Origin: Planctomycetaceae bacterium
GTDB lineage: Bacteria > Planctomycetota > Planctomycetia > Planctomycetales > Planctomycetaceae
Length of the DNA: 64,000 nucleotides
NCBI GenBank assembly: GCA_035687365.1
Contig: DASRXU010000226.1
Location: 4,911-68,910, forward strand
Direction: 5' to 3'
Part shown: positions 48,204 to 58,019 of the stretch, in pieces
How the letters are laid out: each line of letters starts with the position of its first letter
Position numbering within the stretch: the first letter of the stretch is position 1
Notes under the pieces: generated by a model
Databases searched by the model: none
What the model was told of the DNA's origin: nothing
The model's input: only the letters and a program-made list of their open reading frames with translations
Made by a program: the position numbers and the translations under genes

Positions 48204-49244
48204 CTAAACGGGGAACCAGTTCCCCGTTCCCCCGGCCAACATCTCTTTCACTTCTTTTTGGGCCGCGTCGATCGGGAACCCGTGTGGCATCCGCGTCATC
48301 GGATTGTCGAATTGCAACGACGACTTGTAGGGCTCAAAGCGTCCGTCCGCAGCTGCCGATGCACAACGAGCGCGCAGCGCATCCATTTCGCTGCGTGTCA
48401 TGGGCTGAAAGCCACGGGCGACCTTCAAGTTTTCGTGCAGATTGCTGAGCGAGTTCATGCCGCTGATGGTCGTGACCACGGGCAAGCTCATCGCGTAACG
48501 GAGCAGTTCCTGAGGTTTGACGAGGCCCTTCTTAATCGCCGCCGCCGTTCCTCCCATGCACTTCATACCGAGGCCGCCCATGCCACGGCGGTTGACCTCA
48601 GGCAAGACGTGCTTCTCGAAGCTGTGGTAGCTCACGTCGAACGCATTGAGGGGCATTTGAACCGTGTCGAAGGGATAGCCGAGTTCGAGCATCTTCAGAT
48701 GGAATGTGGGATCCTTGTGGCCGGTAAAACCGACAAAGCGGACCTTGCCCTGTTTCTTCGCGCGGTCGAGCGCCTCGACTGCGCCTCCTTTCGCGTAAGC
48801 CAGCTCGGGATCGTTGTCGTAGACGATGCCGTGAATCTGCCACAGGTCGAGATAATCGGTCTGCAGTCGCTTCAACGACTCTTCGAGCATCGCCATGGCG
48901 ATGTCGCCGCTACGACCATGTGTGCAGACTTTGGTCATCAGGAAAACTTTGTCGCGGCGACCCTTCAGGCCGCGACCGAGCCAGTTCTCGGTTTTGCCGT
49001 TGTAATATTCCCAGCAGTTGTCGAAGAACGTGATGCCCGCGTCGACGGCTTCGTGGACGAGGCGAATCGCTCCATCGACCGTCGGAAAGTCGCCCAAGTG
49101 GTGGCCGCCCACTCCCAGGGCCGAAATCTGCACTCCCGTGCGGCCAAGTGGACGGCGCGGGACCTCACTGGAATTGCGGGCGGACTGCTCGCTCGCTCCT
49201 GCGGCGGCCGATCCCTCGCTCTGAGCCTCTGCCATTTCTCGCAC
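48204..49244 (-). CDS. Aldo/keto reductase (paralog of 47076-48164, no signal peptide)
   Basis: LGVGGHHLG...DAGITFFDNCWEY...LDLWQIHGI. Colinear and highly similar to the upstream paralog throughout. Confidence 0.85.
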   Translation of the reverse strand: MREMAEAQSEGSAAAGASEQSARNSSEVPRRPLGRTGVQISALGVGGHHLGDFPTVDGAIRLVHEAVDAGITFFDNCWEYYNGKTENWLGRGLKGRRDKVFLMTKVCTHGRSGDIAMAMLEESLKRLQTDYLDLWQIHGIVYDNDPELAYAKGGAVEALDRAKKQGKVRFVGFTGHKDPTFHLKMLELGYPFDTVQMPLNAFDVSYHSFEKHVLPEVNRRGMGGLGMKCMGGTAAAIKKGLVKPQELLRYAMSLPVVTTISGMNSLSNLHENLKVARGFQPMTRSEMDALRARCASAAADGRFEPYKSSLQFDNPMTRMPHGFPIDAAQKEVKEMLAGGTGNWFPV

Positions 49245-49360
49245 TCCTTTGGGCGAGCCGCGGCGGCGTCCAAGAATTGTCCCACACGCACGCGGTCGAC
49301 GTTCGAGGTCTCGCTATTGGAAGGCACACAGGCGAGCGTTGCAAGTGAGGTGCCGTCGAT

Positions 49361-51058
49361 TCATGACTTCACGAGTGGGGTGTATGCCGGAGTCCATTGG
49401 GTGGCAATCACACGTTGCCGAATCTCGTCGGGCGTGGCTTTCGGGGCAACGCCTTCCTTCACCGCCTCGATCCCGACGGCGGTCGCGATCTCGATGGCAA
49501 TTTTTCGAAGGTCGGTCAAAGCCGGCAGGAGCGATGCAGACGGATCGCGCAGCGCGGGCGAGTGCGCGCCCAACGTACGCGCGGCGGCCAGGATCATCCC
49601 ATCCGTCACGCGCCGCGCTCCGGAGGCCACGATACCCAGCCCCATCGCCGGAAAGATGTAGATGTTGTTGCACTGTGTGATGCGAAACGTGCGATTCCCA
49701 AAGCTGACTGGTGCGAAGGGTGACCCCGTGGCGATCAGCGCGCGGCCTTCCGTCCAGCGAATCAGATTCTCGGCGGTCGCTTCAGATCGGGAGGTCGGAT
49801 TGGAAAGCGGGAAAATAATTGGCCGCTCCGCCTTACGAGCCATCTCCCGCACGATCGGCTCGCTGAAAGCACCGGTAGCCGACGACAACCCAATGAGGAT
49901 CGTGGCATCGACCTTGCCGATTACATCGGCCAGCCCAATCTGGCCCCGCGCCGAACGCGGCCAACTGGAAACACGCGCGGCCGGCTGCGCGTAGACACTC
50001 TGTTCGGGCGTGAGATCCGTTCGTCCCGAGTGCAAGAGGCCATCTTTATCAAGGAGCCAGAAGCGGCTGCAGGCCTCTTGCTCCGACAGTCCTTCTTCGC
50101 GCATGGCCGCTCGCAAGAAATCGGAGACGCCGATCCCCGCCGACCCGGCGCCGAGCATCACGATTTGCTGGTCCTTCAATGGCTTTCCCGCCACTTTGAC
50201 GGCGCCCAGAATGGCCCCCAGCGCGACGGCGGCCGTCCCTTGGATGTCGTCGTTGAACGTCAGGAAGTCGTTGCGGTAGCGCTCCAGAATGGGTCGCGCG
50301 TGGGGCGTCGCGAAGTCTTCCCAATGCAGAAACGTGTCTGGGAGTTCTTGCTGCACGGCGCGAAAGAATTGGTCGACGAAATCGAAATATGCTTGTCCCG
50401 TAATGCGTTCGTGGCGCCAGCCGAGATATTCGGGGTCGGAGAGCTTGTCGGCATTGTTCGTGCCGACGTCCAGCACGATGGGCAACGTGCGATCCGGATG
50501 AATTCCGCCAATCAACGAATACAACGACAGCTTGCCGATCGGAATCCCCATTCCACCGGCCCCTTGATCGCCGATGCCCAGAATCCGCTCGCCGTCGGTC
50601 ACGACGATAACGTCCACCTCGGCATTGGGACGGTTGCGCAAAATCGTGTGGATCGAATCACGCAGCGGATAAGACAAGAACATGCCGCGGGGACGTCGAT
50701 AAATGTGACTGAACTGCTCACAGGCGAGACCGACTACCGGCGTGTAAACGATCGGAGTCATTTCCTCGATGTGATCCATCAGCAGCCGATAGAACAGCAC
50801 CTCGTTCGTGTCTTGGAGCGCGCGGAGATAGATGTGTCGCTCGAGATCGTCGTCCTTTCGGCGGTAAGCCTCATAGGCGCGCACAGCTTGCTCGTCGAGG
50901 CTTTCAATGTGCGGCGGCAAGAGGCCGAGCAATCCGAGACGGCTTCGCTCTTCTTCCGTGAATCCCGTTCCCTTGTTCAAACCTTGCCGGTTCAAAAGCT
51001 CCATCCCGCGCGCTTGAGCTTGTGAAGTCGCGGGGTTGGTTGTTTGCTGGGCGGCCAT
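49361..51058 (-). CDS. maeA: NAD(P)-dependent malic enzyme (large type)
   Basis: Start MAAQQTT (ATG 51056-51058). LNKGTGFTEEERSRLGLLGLLPP, IVYTPVVG, VVTDGERILGIGDQGAGGMGIPIGKL, FNDDIQGTAAV, GAGSAGIG. Confidence 0.85.
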   Translation of the reverse strand: MAAQQTTNPATSQAQARGMELLNRQGLNKGTGFTEEERSRLGLLGLLPPHIESLDEQAVRAYEAYRRKDDDLERHIYLRALQDTNEVLFYRLLMDHIEEMTPIVYTPVVGLACEQFSHIYRRPRGMFLSYPLRDSIHTILRNRPNAEVDVIVVTDGERILGIGDQGAGGMGIPIGKLSLYSLIGGIHPDRTLPIVLDVGTNNADKLSDPEYLGWRHERITGQAYFDFVDQFFRAVQQELPDTFLHWEDFATPHARPILERYRNDFLTFNDDIQGTAAVALGAILGAVKVAGKPLKDQQIVMLGAGSAGIGVSDFLRAAMREEGLSEQEACSRFWLLDKDGLLHSGRTDLTPEQSVYAQPAARVSSWPRSARGQIGLADVIGKVDATILIGLSSATGAFSEPIVREMARKAERPIIFPLSNPTSRSEATAENLIRWTEGRALIATGSPFAPVSFGNRTFRITQCNNIYIFPAMGLGIVASGARRVTDGMILAAARTLGAHSPALRDPSASLLPALTDLRKIAIEIATAVGIEAVKEGVAPKATPDEIRQRVIATQWTPAYTPLVKS

Positions 51059-51320
51059 GCTCCGTCCTCCAGTTCCGCAGGTGAGCGTCACCTGCTGCGT
51101 CGCGCGAATGTCGGAGTGCTATTCGAGACAGTCTTTTACCACGAGCGAATGTGCGGCCGCCATGCTCGCAGAGCCGGAGATTTTAAGGAAAGGCCGTTCC
51201 TTTCGCGGGAATTGCCGTTTCTTCATCGGTCCAGTTGACGCCCCAACGACGCCGGTCATAAAACGGGTGACATAGAAGTCGCGCCCCTCGAGAATCCCGC
51301 TTTGCAAAGGAGACCTTGCG

Positions 51321-51830
51321 ATGGGAAAGACTGCAGCACGTGGGAAAGTCGCCAAGGCTTTGGAAACTCCGACCGATCTCAACCGGGACGGAGTCGAGGA
51401 AATCTGTGAGGAGCTGCGGAAGCTCTTGGCCGACGTCTTCGCGCTGTATATTAAGACGAAGAACTTTCACTGGCACATGAGCGGGCCGCATTTTCGCGAT
51501 TACCATCTGCTGCTCGACGAGCAGTCGGACCAGATCTTCGCCATGACCGACGACATCGCCGAGCGCGCCCGCAAGATCGGCGGCACCACGCTGCATTCGA
51601 TCAGTGAGATCGCCCGCGAACAACGACTGAGCGACAACAACGACGAGTTCGTCGCTCCCGCGGACATGCTGGCGGAACTCACCGACGACAATCAGGCCCT
51701 GGTTCGTTCGATGCGAGCGACCCACGAAGTTTGCGATCGGCATAACGACATCGCCACGGCCAGCATGCTCGAGAACTGGATCGACGAGTCCGAACGGAGG
51801 ACTTGGTTCCTGGCGGAGAATGGCCGCTAG
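51321..51830 (+). CDS. dps: Dps-family DNA protection / ferritin-like protein
   Basis: LLADVFALYIKTKNFHWHMSGPHFRDYHLLLDEQSDQIFAMTDDIAERARKIGG. AAGGAG-like RBS upstream. Confidence 0.9.
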   Translation: MGKTAARGKVAKALETPTDLNRDGVEEICEELRKLLADVFALYIKTKNFHWHMSGPHFRDYHLLLDEQSDQIFAMTDDIAERARKIGGTTLHSISEIAREQRLSDNNDEFVAPADMLAELTDDNQALVRSMRATHEVCDRHNDIATASMLENWIDESERRTWFLAENGR

Positions 51831-51995
51831 TCTAATTGGCGGACAGCTGTAGGGTGTGACCAGCTCGCGTAGCGAGCGCAGGCACACCATCCATTCAAAA
51901 AACGGTGTGTCTGCGGCCCCGTTGCGGCATTGTCACACCCTAGAAAATAGGCCGCGCGCAGCGTCGCGCGTTCATGCACTGCGAGGAGCACAGGC

Positions 51996-53717
51996 ATGGC
52001 CAAAGTTGCCGAAGTCCTGGTCGAGATGCTGGTTGCGGCGGGCGTAAAGCGAGTCTTCGGCGTCGTCGGTGATTCGCTGAACGGAATCACCGAAGCGATC
52101 CGCAAAGACAAAAAAATTGAGTGGATGCACGTCCGCCACGAAGAAGCGGCGGCATTCGCGGCCGGCGCGGAGGCTCATCTGCAAAAGGGGCTCGCCGTCT
52201 GCGCGGGAAGTTGTGGGCCGGGCAATCTGCATTTGATCAACGGACTGTTCGATTGCCATCGCAGCCGGGTCCCAGTTCTGGCGATCGCCGCCCAAATCCC
52301 CAGCCACGAGATCGGCAGCGGCTATTTTCAGGAGACCAACCCCGAGCAGTTGTTCAAAGATTGCAGCCACTATTGTCAGTTGGTGTCGCAGCCCGATCAG
52401 TTGCCGCGGATGCTGGCGATCGCCATGCGGACCGCGATTGCCAAGCGAGGCGTCGCGGTTGTCGTTTTGCCGGGAGATGTGGCCCTTCGCAATTGCACCG
52501 AGCCGCCGTTGGCTCTGGGCATCGAGGACGCCACTCCGATCGTTCACCCCTCGGATTCCGAGCTGCGAAAGGCGGCTGACATTCTGAATGTCGCCCGCAG
52601 AGTGACGATTCTGGGAGGCGCCGGCTGCGATGGGGCACACGCGGATTTGATTGGCGTCGCCGAGCAACTGAAGGCGCCGATCGTCCACGCCCTGCGCGGC
52701 AAGGAGTTCATCGAATACGACAATCCCTACGACGTGGGGATGACCGGACTGCTCGGATTCTCCTCCGGGTACCACGCCATGATGAACTGCGACGCGTTGC
52801 TGATGCTGGGAACCGACTTTCCCTATCAGCAGTTTTATCCGAAGAAAGCGCAGGTGATTCAGGTCGACGTTCGCGGCGACCAACTCGGACGGCGCACCAA
52901 GATTGACCTGGGGCTAGTTGGCACGGTGAAAGACACGCTGACGGCTCTTCGGCCGCTCCTTACCGAGAAGACCGATCGGTCCTATCTCGACACGTGTTTG
53001 GCGCACTACAAGCAGACTCGCAAAGGTCTCGACGACTTGGCCGTCGGCGAACCCGGTCGTACGCCGATCCATCCGCAGTTTGTCGCGAAAGTAATTGACG
53101 AACTGGCCGCCGACGATGCGGTCTTCACCTGCGACGTCGGCACGCCGACCATTTGGGCGGCCCGATACCTGCACTTCAACGGTAAGCGACGGCTGGTCGG
53201 CTCGTTCGTTCACGGCTCGATGGCGTGTGCCTTGCCACAAGCCATAGGAGCACAGGCCGCCTATCCGAACCGCCAGGTGATCAGCCTTTCGGGCGACGGC
53301 GGCGTGGCCATGCTGCTGGGCGAGCTGCTCACCCTCAAACAGCTCGAACTGCCAGCCAAGGTCGTGGTTTTCAACAACAGCTCCTTGGGATTCGTCGAGT
53401 TGGAGATGAAGTCGGCCGGATACATCGGCTATGGAACGGACCTGGTCAATCCGAACTTTGCGCAGCTCGCGGAATCGGCCGGCATTTTCGGCGTCCGCGT
53501 GGAGCAGCCGCAGGATCTCCGTCCGGCATTGTCTCGCGCATGTTCGCACGCCGGTCCAGCCGTGATCGACGTGATTGTGAATCGTCAGGAACTGTCGATG
53601 CCGCCCACGATCACGGCTGAACAAGCGATCGGCTTCAGTCTGTACTTGATCCGCGCTGTGATGAACGGCCGGGGCGACGAAGTGGTCGATTTGGCGAAGA
53701 CGAACCTCTTCCGGTAA
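51996..53717 (+). CDS. poxB: Thiamine-diphosphate-dependent pyruvate dehydrogenase (quinone) / pyruvate oxidase
   Basis: GVKRVFGVVGDSLNG...IEWMHVRHEEAAAFAAGAEAHL...AVCAGSCGPGNLHLINGLFDCHRSRVPVLAIAAQIPSHEIGSGYFQETNPEQLF is nearly colinear with E. coli PoxB as I recall it. TPP motif GDGG...NN. Confidence 0.85.
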   Translation: MAKVAEVLVEMLVAAGVKRVFGVVGDSLNGITEAIRKDKKIEWMHVRHEEAAAFAAGAEAHLQKGLAVCAGSCGPGNLHLINGLFDCHRSRVPVLAIAAQIPSHEIGSGYFQETNPEQLFKDCSHYCQLVSQPDQLPRMLAIAMRTAIAKRGVAVVVLPGDVALRNCTEPPLALGIEDATPIVHPSDSELRKAADILNVARRVTILGGAGCDGAHADLIGVAEQLKAPIVHALRGKEFIEYDNPYDVGMTGLLGFSSGYHAMMNCDALLMLGTDFPYQQFYPKKAQVIQVDVRGDQLGRRTKIDLGLVGTVKDTLTALRPLLTEKTDRSYLDTCLAHYKQTRKGLDDLAVGEPGRTPIHPQFVAKVIDELAADDAVFTCDVGTPTIWAARYLHFNGKRRLVGSFVHGSMACALPQAIGAQAAYPNRQVISLSGDGGVAMLLGELLTLKQLELPAKVVVFNNSSLGFVELEMKSAGYIGYGTDLVNPNFAQLAESAGIFGVRVEQPQDLRPALSRACSHAGPAVIDVIVNRQELSMPPTITAEQAIGFSLYLIRAVMNGRGDEVVDLAKTNLFR

Positions 53718-53949
53718 TCGGGCGGTCAATACGGAGCTTCTCCCGCAGTTTTGAACCAAAGCTCAGGAACCACCAAGGCACCAAGAGACGAAGGGCAGCC
53801 CTTTTCAGCCAATCTTTACCTTGGTGTCCTTGGTGCCTTTGTGGTTCAAATCTGATTTGCCGCAATCTCGAGCGCGGAAGCCGTTCCCAATTTGCGCTTC
53901 CGGCCTTTACACTGCTTGTATTGAATTGCGCTCCCCTACCCTATCTGAG

Positions 53950-55236
53950 ATGCTGCTCGCCAAACGGGAGGTTCCCATTCTCAAGTTTATTGTCTGTCTG
54001 GCTTTGGTCTTCGCGTCATTCAAGTCCTTCGCACACGCCGAGAACTGGGCGCATTGGCGCGGACCCACGGGAAATGGAATAGCGATCAATGCCTCGCCTC
54101 CGATTGAGTGGAGCGACACGAAGAACGTCAAATGGAAGGTCGAAGTTCCCGGCCAGGGGCTTTCCTCGCCCATCGTCTGGGAGAACCGGGTCTTTGTGAC
54201 GTCGGCCGTTCCGCTGAGTGGCGATGTGACGCGGGGACTACCGAACCTCGAATTCAAAGTCTTCTGTTACGACCGGCAGAACGGCAAGCTGCTGTGGCAG
54301 AAGACGGCCACCGTCGCCACGCCGCACCAAAAGACTCACGAAACGAACGGCTTCGCCTCTGCCTCTCCCTGCACCGATGGGGAGCACATTTACGCCCACT
54401 TCGGCTCGAGAGGCCTCTTTTGCTACTCGATGAATGGAGATTTCGTCTGGAAGCGAGACGACTTCGGAAAAATGGACACGTTGTTCGGCTTTGGTGAAGG
54501 GAGTTCGCCGACGCTCGAAGGGGACATGATCCTCGTCCCCTGGGATCACAAGGGGCCATCGGCGCTCTATGCGCTCAACAAGCGGACCGGCGAAACCATC
54601 TGGAAGGCCACTCGCCAGGAGCCAACGTGTTGGGCCACTCCGCTTGTGGTGGAACATGCGGGGCACAAGCAAGTCGTCATGAACGGGCAGAAATCAGTTC
54701 GCAGCTACGACCTGGCAACGGGGAAAGAGCTGTGGCGCTGTGGCGGGCAAACCTTGCGCCCGATCGCTTCTCCGGTCGCCATCAATGATCTGGTGATCGT
54801 GGGCAGCGGGTACCAGGGCGCCTTCTTGGGCGCCTTCCATTTGGATGGGACCGGAGACATCCAGGGGACGAACAAAGTCGTCTGGGAACTCAGTCATGAT
54901 ACGCCCGACGTGGCTTCGCCCCTGCTCTCCTCGGGACGGCTCTATTTTCACAAGGCAAAAACGGGACTGCTTTCGTGCGTCGACGCGGCGACTGGCAAGC
55001 CGCATTATTTTGGACGCCGGATTGGACTCGACAACACTTACGCTTCGCCCGTCGCAGCCGGCGGCCACATTTATTTGACTGCCAGATCCGGCACCACCGC
55101 GGTCATCGACGATGCAGACGACTTGAAAGTGGTCGCCACCAACAAGCTGGATGAAACTATTGGCGCCACACCGGCTCCCGTTGATCACGAACTCTTCATT
55201 CGGGGCGACAAGCACCTCTTTTGCATCGCCCGCTAG
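53950..55236 (+). CDS. Secreted PQQ-like beta-propeller repeat protein
   Basis: ATG 53950. Signal ILKFIVCLALVFASFKSFAHA, then ENWAHWRGPTGNGIA and repeated blade motifs (SSPIVWENRVFV, ASPCTDGEHIYA, SSPTLEGDMILV, ATPLVVEH..., ASPLLSSGRLYF, ASPVAAGGHIYL). Confidence 0.8.
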   Translation: MLLAKREVPILKFIVCLALVFASFKSFAHAENWAHWRGPTGNGIAINASPPIEWSDTKNVKWKVEVPGQGLSSPIVWENRVFVTSAVPLSGDVTRGLPNLEFKVFCYDRQNGKLLWQKTATVATPHQKTHETNGFASASPCTDGEHIYAHFGSRGLFCYSMNGDFVWKRDDFGKMDTLFGFGEGSSPTLEGDMILVPWDHKGPSALYALNKRTGETIWKATRQEPTCWATPLVVEHAGHKQVVMNGQKSVRSYDLATGKELWRCGGQTLRPIASPVAINDLVIVGSGYQGAFLGAFHLDGTGDIQGTNKVVWELSHDTPDVASPLLSSGRLYFHKAKTGLLSCVDAATGKPHYFGRRIGLDNTYASPVAAGGHIYLTARSGTTAVIDDADDLKVVATNKLDETIGATPAPVDHELFIRGDKHLFCIAR

Positions 55237-55253
55237 CGTCAGGCACGTCGGAC

Positions 55254-55700
55254 TTAGCGTGATTTGGCCAGCCAGCGGTCGAGTTGATTCGCGAATGCCT
55301 GTCGGTCTCTCTGACTGAAGTTCGACGGTCCGCCTGTGATCAAGCCCCCACCGCGGAGTTCATCCAAGAGATTCCGCGCGGCGAGCCGCGCTCCCACGTT
55401 CTCCTCGGTGTAGAGTTCGCCGCGGGGGTTGAGAGCCTGACCCCCTTTGGCGACCACATCGGCCGCCAGGGGAATGTCAGCGGTGATTACCAAATCACCC
55501 GCTGCGACGAGTTCAACAATATGGCGGTCGGCGACATTCATCCCTTCTCCGACGCGGATACTGCTGATGAACGGCGACGCAGGGGTGCGCATCGGCTGGT
55601 TGGCGACCAGAGTCACCCTGATTTGCCGCCGCTTCGCAACGCGATACAACAGCTCCTTGATTTCTCCAGGACAGGCGTCGGCGTCCACCCAAATCGTCAT
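55254..55700 (-). CDS. YaiI/YqxD family protein (DUF188/UPF0178)
   Basis: Start [25 protein letters not shown] (ATG 55698-55700). ...[15 protein letters not shown]. Confidence 0.85.
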   Translation of the reverse strand: MTIWVDADACPGEIKELLYRVAKRRQIRVTLVANQPMRTPASPFISSIRVGEGMNVADRHIVELVAAGDLVITADIPLAADVVAKGGQALNPRGELYTEENVGARLAARNLLDELRGGGLITGGPSNFSQRDRQAFANQLDRWLAKSR

Positions 55701-55869
55701 GCAGCAGGTGCCTCCGACTTCTTCAGCGTCGGACCTCATTACACTCGGGCCTCTGCTCGCATTGTGAGTGGCGCGGCCTGCCGAGACAATTCAGATCGAT
55801 GAACTCCCCATCGATCTTCGGACGCGAGAGACGTGGGCCAGGTCGCTGTGATCACGTACGGAGACGTCG

Positions 55870-56724
55870 ATGCTCGAGCGAAGTGTGTCCATTGAAGGTA
55901 TTGCGGTCCCGCGTTTTCTGTATGGAACCGCCTGGAAAGAGGACGAAACGCAGCGGCTGACCGAACTCGCGCTGACGCAGGGATTCCGGGGTGTCGATAC
56001 AGCCAACCAGCGCCGCCACTATCACGAAGCGGCGGTCGGGCAAGCCATCTCCACGTCAGTCAATAAAAGGCTGCTCAATCGGGAAGATCTTTTTCTGCAG
56101 ACCAAATTCACTTTCCGCCCGGGGCAAGATCATCGCTTGCCCTACGATCCTGACGCGCCGATTCCGCGGCAGGTCGAGCAATCGTTCGCCAGCTCACTCG
56201 AGCACTTGCGAACGGAAAAAATCGATTCTTATCTCCTGCACGGCCCGTCCCAACGCACCGGTCTGGGCCCGGCCGATTGGGCCGCCTGGCGGGCAATGGA
56301 AGCGATCCATGAGAGCGGCCGGGTTGGCATGCTCGGAATCAGCAATGTCACGCTCGAGCAACTCCAACGACTCTGTCAGGAAGCTCGCGTGCGACCCCGT
56401 TTCGTTCAGAATCGATGTTACGCAGTCCGAGGATGGGATCGTCAAGTCCGCGAGTTCTGCGCCGCCACAGACATGGTCTATCAAGGCTTTTCGCTGCTGA
56501 CGGCCAACAGAGAGGCGATGGCCCGTCCCGAGTTGGTCCGGATCGCCAAACACCACGGTCGGACGCTCAGCCAGATCGTTTTTCGATTTGCCCTCGACGT
56601 TGGCATGATGATTCTGACCGGCACGACCAACGCCGACCACATGCGAGAGGATCTCGATGTCTTCGATTTCCGCCTCGAGCCCGACGAAGTCAAATTGATC
56701 GAGGGATTGGGGACCGGAGCGTGA
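55870..56724 (+). CDS. Aldo/keto reductase
   Basis: PRFLYGTAWKEDETQRLTELALTQGFRGVDTANQRRHYHEAAVG...IDSYLLHGP...GISNV. Confidence 0.85.
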   Translation: MLERSVSIEGIAVPRFLYGTAWKEDETQRLTELALTQGFRGVDTANQRRHYHEAAVGQAISTSVNKRLLNREDLFLQTKFTFRPGQDHRLPYDPDAPIPRQVEQSFASSLEHLRTEKIDSYLLHGPSQRTGLGPADWAAWRAMEAIHESGRVGMLGISNVTLEQLQRLCQEARVRPRFVQNRCYAVRGWDRQVREFCAATDMVYQGFSLLTANREAMARPELVRIAKHHGRTLSQIVFRFALDVGMMILTGTTNADHMREDLDVFDFRLEPDEVKLIEGLGTGA

Positions 56725-57106
56725 GATCAACGGATCGAGCCGGCCACGGTCCTCGCAACGGGACGCAGATCGGCGATGGCAGTACTGTCACGATTGGCCG
56801 ACGAATCGCGCAGCCGATCCACCCTAGCGTTCGACAAAAATGTTTGGAGCGGTTGTAACGGGCCAACTGCCAGACCTAAGGCACGCTTCAGGTTTTGACA
56901 CCGTGTAACGCCTGTGCGGCAACCGATGTTTCCTGTGGCCTCCTATCGGATTGACGCCCGGGGCAAGCCAACACGGACAACGCGACCGCACCTGCTGAAG
57001 TGCAATTTTGCTTTATCAATGGAAACACTCATACGGACGGCTCGGCTGCCGGACCGATACCGGTGAATCACGCTGAAGTCTCTCTCCCTCAACGCCGCAG
57101 GCGATC

Positions 57107-57502
57107 GTGAAGCTTTTACTCGTCGACGATTCTGTGATTGGCCGTGTGGTCGTCCACCGAAACTGCATTGCAGTTGGGTTTCAGGACGACGAGATCATCC
57201 AGGCGGAAAACGGCCAGACCGCGCTCCAGCGTTTTGAGCGGAGTGCCTGCGACGGCGTCATTACGGACTGGAGTATGCCCGTGATGGACGGCCTCACGTT
57301 CGTCAAGGAGCTTCGCAAGCGCGATCAACAGGTTCCGATTTTGATGTTTACCGCGTCGTGCCGACGCGAGGACGTGATCGCAGCCATCGAGGCCGGCGCA
57401 AACGATTATCTCGTTAAGCCCTTCGCACCGGGCGACCTCCAAAAGAAGCTTCGGAAGCTCATGGCCCTCATGAGGCAAAATGAGGCGCGTTCAGCGTCTT
57501 GA
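57107..57502 (+). CDS. CheY-like single-domain response regulator
   Basis: GTG start. KLLLVDDS...DGVITDWSMPVMDGLTFVKELR...PILMFTA...GANDYLVKPF. Confidence 0.85.
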   Translation: MKLLLVDDSVIGRVVVHRNCIAVGFQDDEIIQAENGQTALQRFERSACDGVITDWSMPVMDGLTFVKELRKRDQQVPILMFTASCRREDVIAAIEAGANDYLVKPFAPGDLQKKLRKLMALMRQNEARSAS

Positions 57503-58019
57503 GGTTGTCTAGGCCGGTGGGAAGCCGACGGCGTTCGATTTTGTGCGTTGCAATCCCCGCTGCGCGTTCGAGTGGACAGCGATTCTTAACACGCTAACAA
57601 CGGCGTTCGCGTTATTGCTGTCGGTCGCGGCCTTCATGAAGACCGACGATCTGCGCCGACAGGTCGAGCGAACCGCGACAGAAGCCGATCGCGGTCAGAT
57701 GGTACCATTCGATACCATTCCACCACTTCGCGACCAGGAAATCCACAAAAAACGGCAAATTTTACAACCGGCCGAAAGCACGCCCAAATGAGCGAAAAAC
57801 CCTACATTTTAAGAATCGGGGCGACCGGCGATGCACATTTCCTAACGACTTAACAGGAATGCGGCTGTTGCATGCCGCGATCTCGCAAAGCAGGCCGTTT
57901 TCCGCTGCCGAACTCGCTGTTCGGGGCGCCGAACAGCCTTGCTAGGCGGGTACGCCCACAGCCAACAACCTGTCCCCTCCCCTCCGGTTTCGGTGCAACC
58001 GGCGCAGGGAGTGTAGGCA

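Noticed and set aside
47508-49661. 717-aa plus-strand ORF spanning two genes
   Set aside because: It is antisense to the two aldo/keto reductase genes, whose products carry clear family motifs. Its own product has no recognisable domain.
53840-53855. GGTTCAAATC, a tRNA T-loop-like string
   Set aside because: The flanking bases cannot form a T-stem or the other tRNA arms. It is part of the post-poxB inverted repeat.
57543-57791. 82-aa ORF with one hydrophobic segment after the CheY-like gene
   Set aside because: It has a GTG start without an RBS and no recognisable family. It is too weak to call as a feature and is mentioned only as part of the recombinase-flanking region.
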